DNA of 64,000 nucleotides, taken from the NCBI GenBank assembly GCA_964291265.2, contig OZ219747.1:4192001-4256000 (forward strand), in the 5' to 3' direction. Every line of letters starts with the position of its first letter. Within the stretch, counting starts at the first letter, position 1. This document shows, one piece after another, positions 61,591 through 64,000 of the stretch. The notes under the pieces are model-generated. The model did not search any database. It was not told the origin of the DNA and was given only the letters and a program-made list of their open reading frames with translations. The stretch is from Alphaproteobacteria bacterium (GTDB lineage: Bacteria > Pseudomonadota > Alphaproteobacteria > SP197). The translations under genes were made by a program, and so were the position numbers.

Positions 61591-62121
61591 GTGTATTGTC
61601 GAGCCATTTTGCGTCCGGGTCCACCCCCGCTCTCGAGACGGACGGTGTGCACGACAGGACGACTGTTCAACTGCAGGCGGTGCCAACAGCAGGTTGTTCT
61701 CTGCCGGTCGTGTGACCGGGGGCATGTGTATTGCTCCGATGAGTGCAGGGAGCGGTCCCGGATCGAGCGGCGCCGCGCGTCGCGTCGTCGCTACCAGAGC
61801 ACGCTGAGGGGCCGTGAGACGGGCCGTCACCGCCAGCGGCGTTACCGGCTCCGCAAGGCGGAGGAGGCGCGTGCGTTGAAGGCCAGGGCGGCGATGCTTG
61901 CCGAGATCATGGACACGCAGACGTCTGCTGTGGTGCTGCTTGGCGACGTTCCGGCGGTGTCTGGAGACGCCGGTTCCGAAGAAATCGTTACGGACCACCC
62001 TTCCCGACTGCTGCCGACCTCCCTACCTGCGGTTGTGAAGGCGCAAGAGCGACGCGAATCGCCGCTTCGGTGCGCCCGTTGCGGACGGGTCGTGACGCAT
62101 GTGGTGCTGAGGGACCCGTGA
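61591..62121 (+). CDS. orf1, Cys-rich putative Zn-binding protein (copy C)
   Basis: Intact paralog of 50554-51084. Confidence 0.75.
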   Translation: MYCRAILRPGPPPLSRRTVCTTGRLFNCRRCQQQVVLCRSCDRGHVYCSDECRERSRIERRRASRRRYQSTLRGRETGRHRQRRYRLRKAEEARALKARAAMLAEIMDTQTSAVVLLGDVPAVSGDAGSEEIVTDHPSRLLPTSLPAVVKAQERRESPLRCARCGRVVTHVVLRDP

Positions 62122-62153
62122 TGCGGCGTTGAGGAACCAAAGGGAGGGAGTTC

Positions 62154-63647
62154 ATGGCGATCGACGAGGACACGCGGGCGACGATCGTGCGGCTGTCGCG
62201 GGCCGAGGGCTGGGCTGTGGGGACGATTGCCCGGCATCTCGGCGTGCACCACGGCACGGTGACGCGGGCGCTCAAGGCGTCGGGGCAGGAGCGGCGGCCG
62301 CGGGCCAAGCTCATCGACCCCTTCGTTGCCTTCCTCGGGGAGCGTCTTGAGGCGTCGCCGGACCTTCCGGCCAGCACGCTCTGGCGACAGGTCGTGGCCC
62401 TGGGCTACCGCGGCGGCGAGGATCACTTCCGTCACGACCTGCGCCGCCTTGGGCTGAGGCCGGTGAAGAGGCCCGAGCCGTCGCTGCGGCTGAGCTTCCT
62501 TCCGGGCGAGCAGGCGCAGGTTGACTGGGCCGAGTTCGGGAAGGTCCGCATTGGCCGGGCGGAGCGCAGGCTCATGGGGCTTCTCGTCACCCTCAGCTAC
62601 TCGCGCCAGACTGTCCTGAGCCTGTTCCACGACGCGCGGATGGCCAGCTTCCTGCAAGGCCATGTCGAGGCTTTCGCGGCATTCGGGGGTGTGCCGCGGA
62701 GGCTTCTGTACGACAACCTGAAGAGTGCCGTGGTGACGCGCCGCGGCAAGGCGGTCACCTATCATCCGATGCTGCTCGGCCTTGCGGCCCACTATGCCTT
62801 CGAACCGAGCGCCGCCTGGCCCAGGAGCCCGCAGGAGAAGGGCCGCGTGGAACGCCGTGTGCGCTTCGCGCGCACCGGGTTCTTCGCCGGGCGCGACATC
62901 ACGGTCCCGCTCGGCGAGCTCAACGCCGCGGTTCGGGAGTGGTGCTTCGGCGCCGCCGCGGAGCGGCCCTGGCCGGACGACGACAGTCTCCTGGTGCGGG
63001 ACGCCTTCGCCCGGGAGAGGGAGCACCTGATCGTCCTTCCCGCCGATCCCTTCCCGCATCACGAGGTCCGCCCGGTGCGCATCGACAAGACCTGCCACGC
63101 CCGCTTCGACACCAACGACTACAGCGTTCCGGGTAGCTTCTCCAAGGCCCTGCTGACGCTGGTCGCCGACCGCGACGAGGTTCGCATCCTCGACGGCGCC
63201 GACGAGGTCGCGCGCCACCGACGCTCCTACGACAGGAAGCAGGCCGTCACCGATCCGGAGCATGCCAGGGCGATCGCCGCGGGCAAGCGGCGGGCCCGCT
63301 CCATGAGCGTCCGCGACCGGGTCCTGCGCACCGTGCCGCGGGCCGAGGAGATGCTGGCGCGCGCCGGGACCAACGGGCGCAACGTGGCCTCCTGCGCCCG
63401 GATGCTGGAGACGCTTCTCAACGCGCACGGCGCCGACGCTCTCGACCGGGCTGTCGCCACGGCCCTGGAGCGCGGCTCGTGCCACCCCGAAACCGTGCGC
63501 GTCATCATCGAGGAGCGCCGCCGGGAGCAGGGCCTGCCGCCCCTCAGCATCGCCGACGACGGCCGCGGCGGCCGTGGCACGACGCCGCGGGGGACCGCTC
63601 TCGACGCCTACGACAGGCCCGAAGCCAGCGCCAGGAACAAGACATGA
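62154..63647 (+). CDS. istA: IS21 transposase (copy C)
   Basis: 497 aa; translation matches copy A. Confidence 0.95.
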   Translation: MAIDEDTRATIVRLSRAEGWAVGTIARHLGVHHGTVTRALKASGQERRPRAKLIDPFVAFLGERLEASPDLPASTLWRQVVALGYRGGEDHFRHDLRRLGLRPVKRPEPSLRLSFLPGEQAQVDWAEFGKVRIGRAERRLMGLLVTLSYSRQTVLSLFHDARMASFLQGHVEAFAAFGGVPRRLLYDNLKSAVVTRRGKAVTYHPMLLGLAAHYAFEPSAAWPRSPQEKGRVERRVRFARTGFFAGRDITVPLGELNAAVREWCFGAAAERPWPDDDSLLVRDAFAREREHLIVLPADPFPHHEVRPVRIDKTCHARFDTNDYSVPGSFSKALLTLVADRDEVRILDGADEVARHRRSYDRKQAVTDPEHARAIAAGKRRARSMSVRDRVLRTVPRAEEMLARAGTNGRNVASCARMLETLLNAHGADALDRAVATALERGSCHPETVRVIIEERRREQGLPPLSIADDGRGGRGTTPRGTALDAYDRPEASARNKT

Positions 63648-64000
63648 GCAACCTCAGGGAGCGTGCCCGGGCGCTCGGCCTCCACGGGCTCGTCGAACGC
63701 TGGGACGAGGTCGCCGGGACCGCATGGATCGAGGAGGTGGTCAGCGGCGAGGAACAGGCCCGCAGGGCCCGCAGCCACGAGCGCCGCCGCGCCGCGGCGC
63801 GGCTGCCCGCCTTCAAGCCCCTGGCGGACTTCGACTGGACATGGCCGCGCGACATCAGCCGGGCTCATGTCGAAGCGCTCCTCGGCCTCGGCTTCGTCGA
63901 CCGTGCGGACAACGCCGTGCTCGTCGGCGGGCAGGGCACCGGAAAGACCATGATCGCCGCCAACGTGGCGCACCAGGCCCTGCTGCACGGCCACACCGTC
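63644..64000 (+). CDS. istB: IS21 helper ATPase (copy C), partial
   Basis: MSNLRERAR...GGQGTGKT; truncated by the window edge. Confidence 0.9.
   Translation, partial: MSNLRERARALGLHGLVERWDEVAGTAWIEEVVSGEEQARRARSHERRRAAARLPAFKPLADFDWTWPRDISRAHVEALLGLGFVDRADNAVLVGGQGTGKTMIAANVAHQALLHGHTV

Larger units (their letters stand above)
61167..64000 (+). mobile_element. IS21-family primase-carrying element, copy C (runs off the window)
   Basis: Same left IR at 61167, followed by orf1, istA and the start of istB. Confidence 0.92.

Overview
High-GC window from an alphaproteobacterium; marine and possibly host-associated (inferred from gene content). 1-10.2 kb is accessory: an AlkB-family monooxygenase missed by the ORF track and coupled to a sulfotransferase, decayed IS5 and ISKra4 elements, an RTX protein and an S8 protease. 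10.5-44.2 kb is mostly core: dsbA, smc, a corrinoid/folate methyl-transfer operon, purB, purC-purS-purQ-purL, bolA, grxD, a DddP-like enzyme, three tRNAs and catabolic genes. The PurC there has lost several conserved catalytic-motif residues. 45.4-64 kb is a nest of mobile elements. The main finding is a ~5.3 kb IS21-family element present three times, with one copy inserted inverted into another (5-bp TSD TGGCG). Inside its terminal inverted repeats it carries a structured non-coding leader, a Cys-rich ORF, istA, istB, a Toprim primase-like gene and a small helical ORF. A DUF4338 (DruA-like) domain is fused to an IS4/IS50-like transposase and apparently also to an ISAs1 transposase. All family assignments come from motif recognition by eye; no database searches were run.
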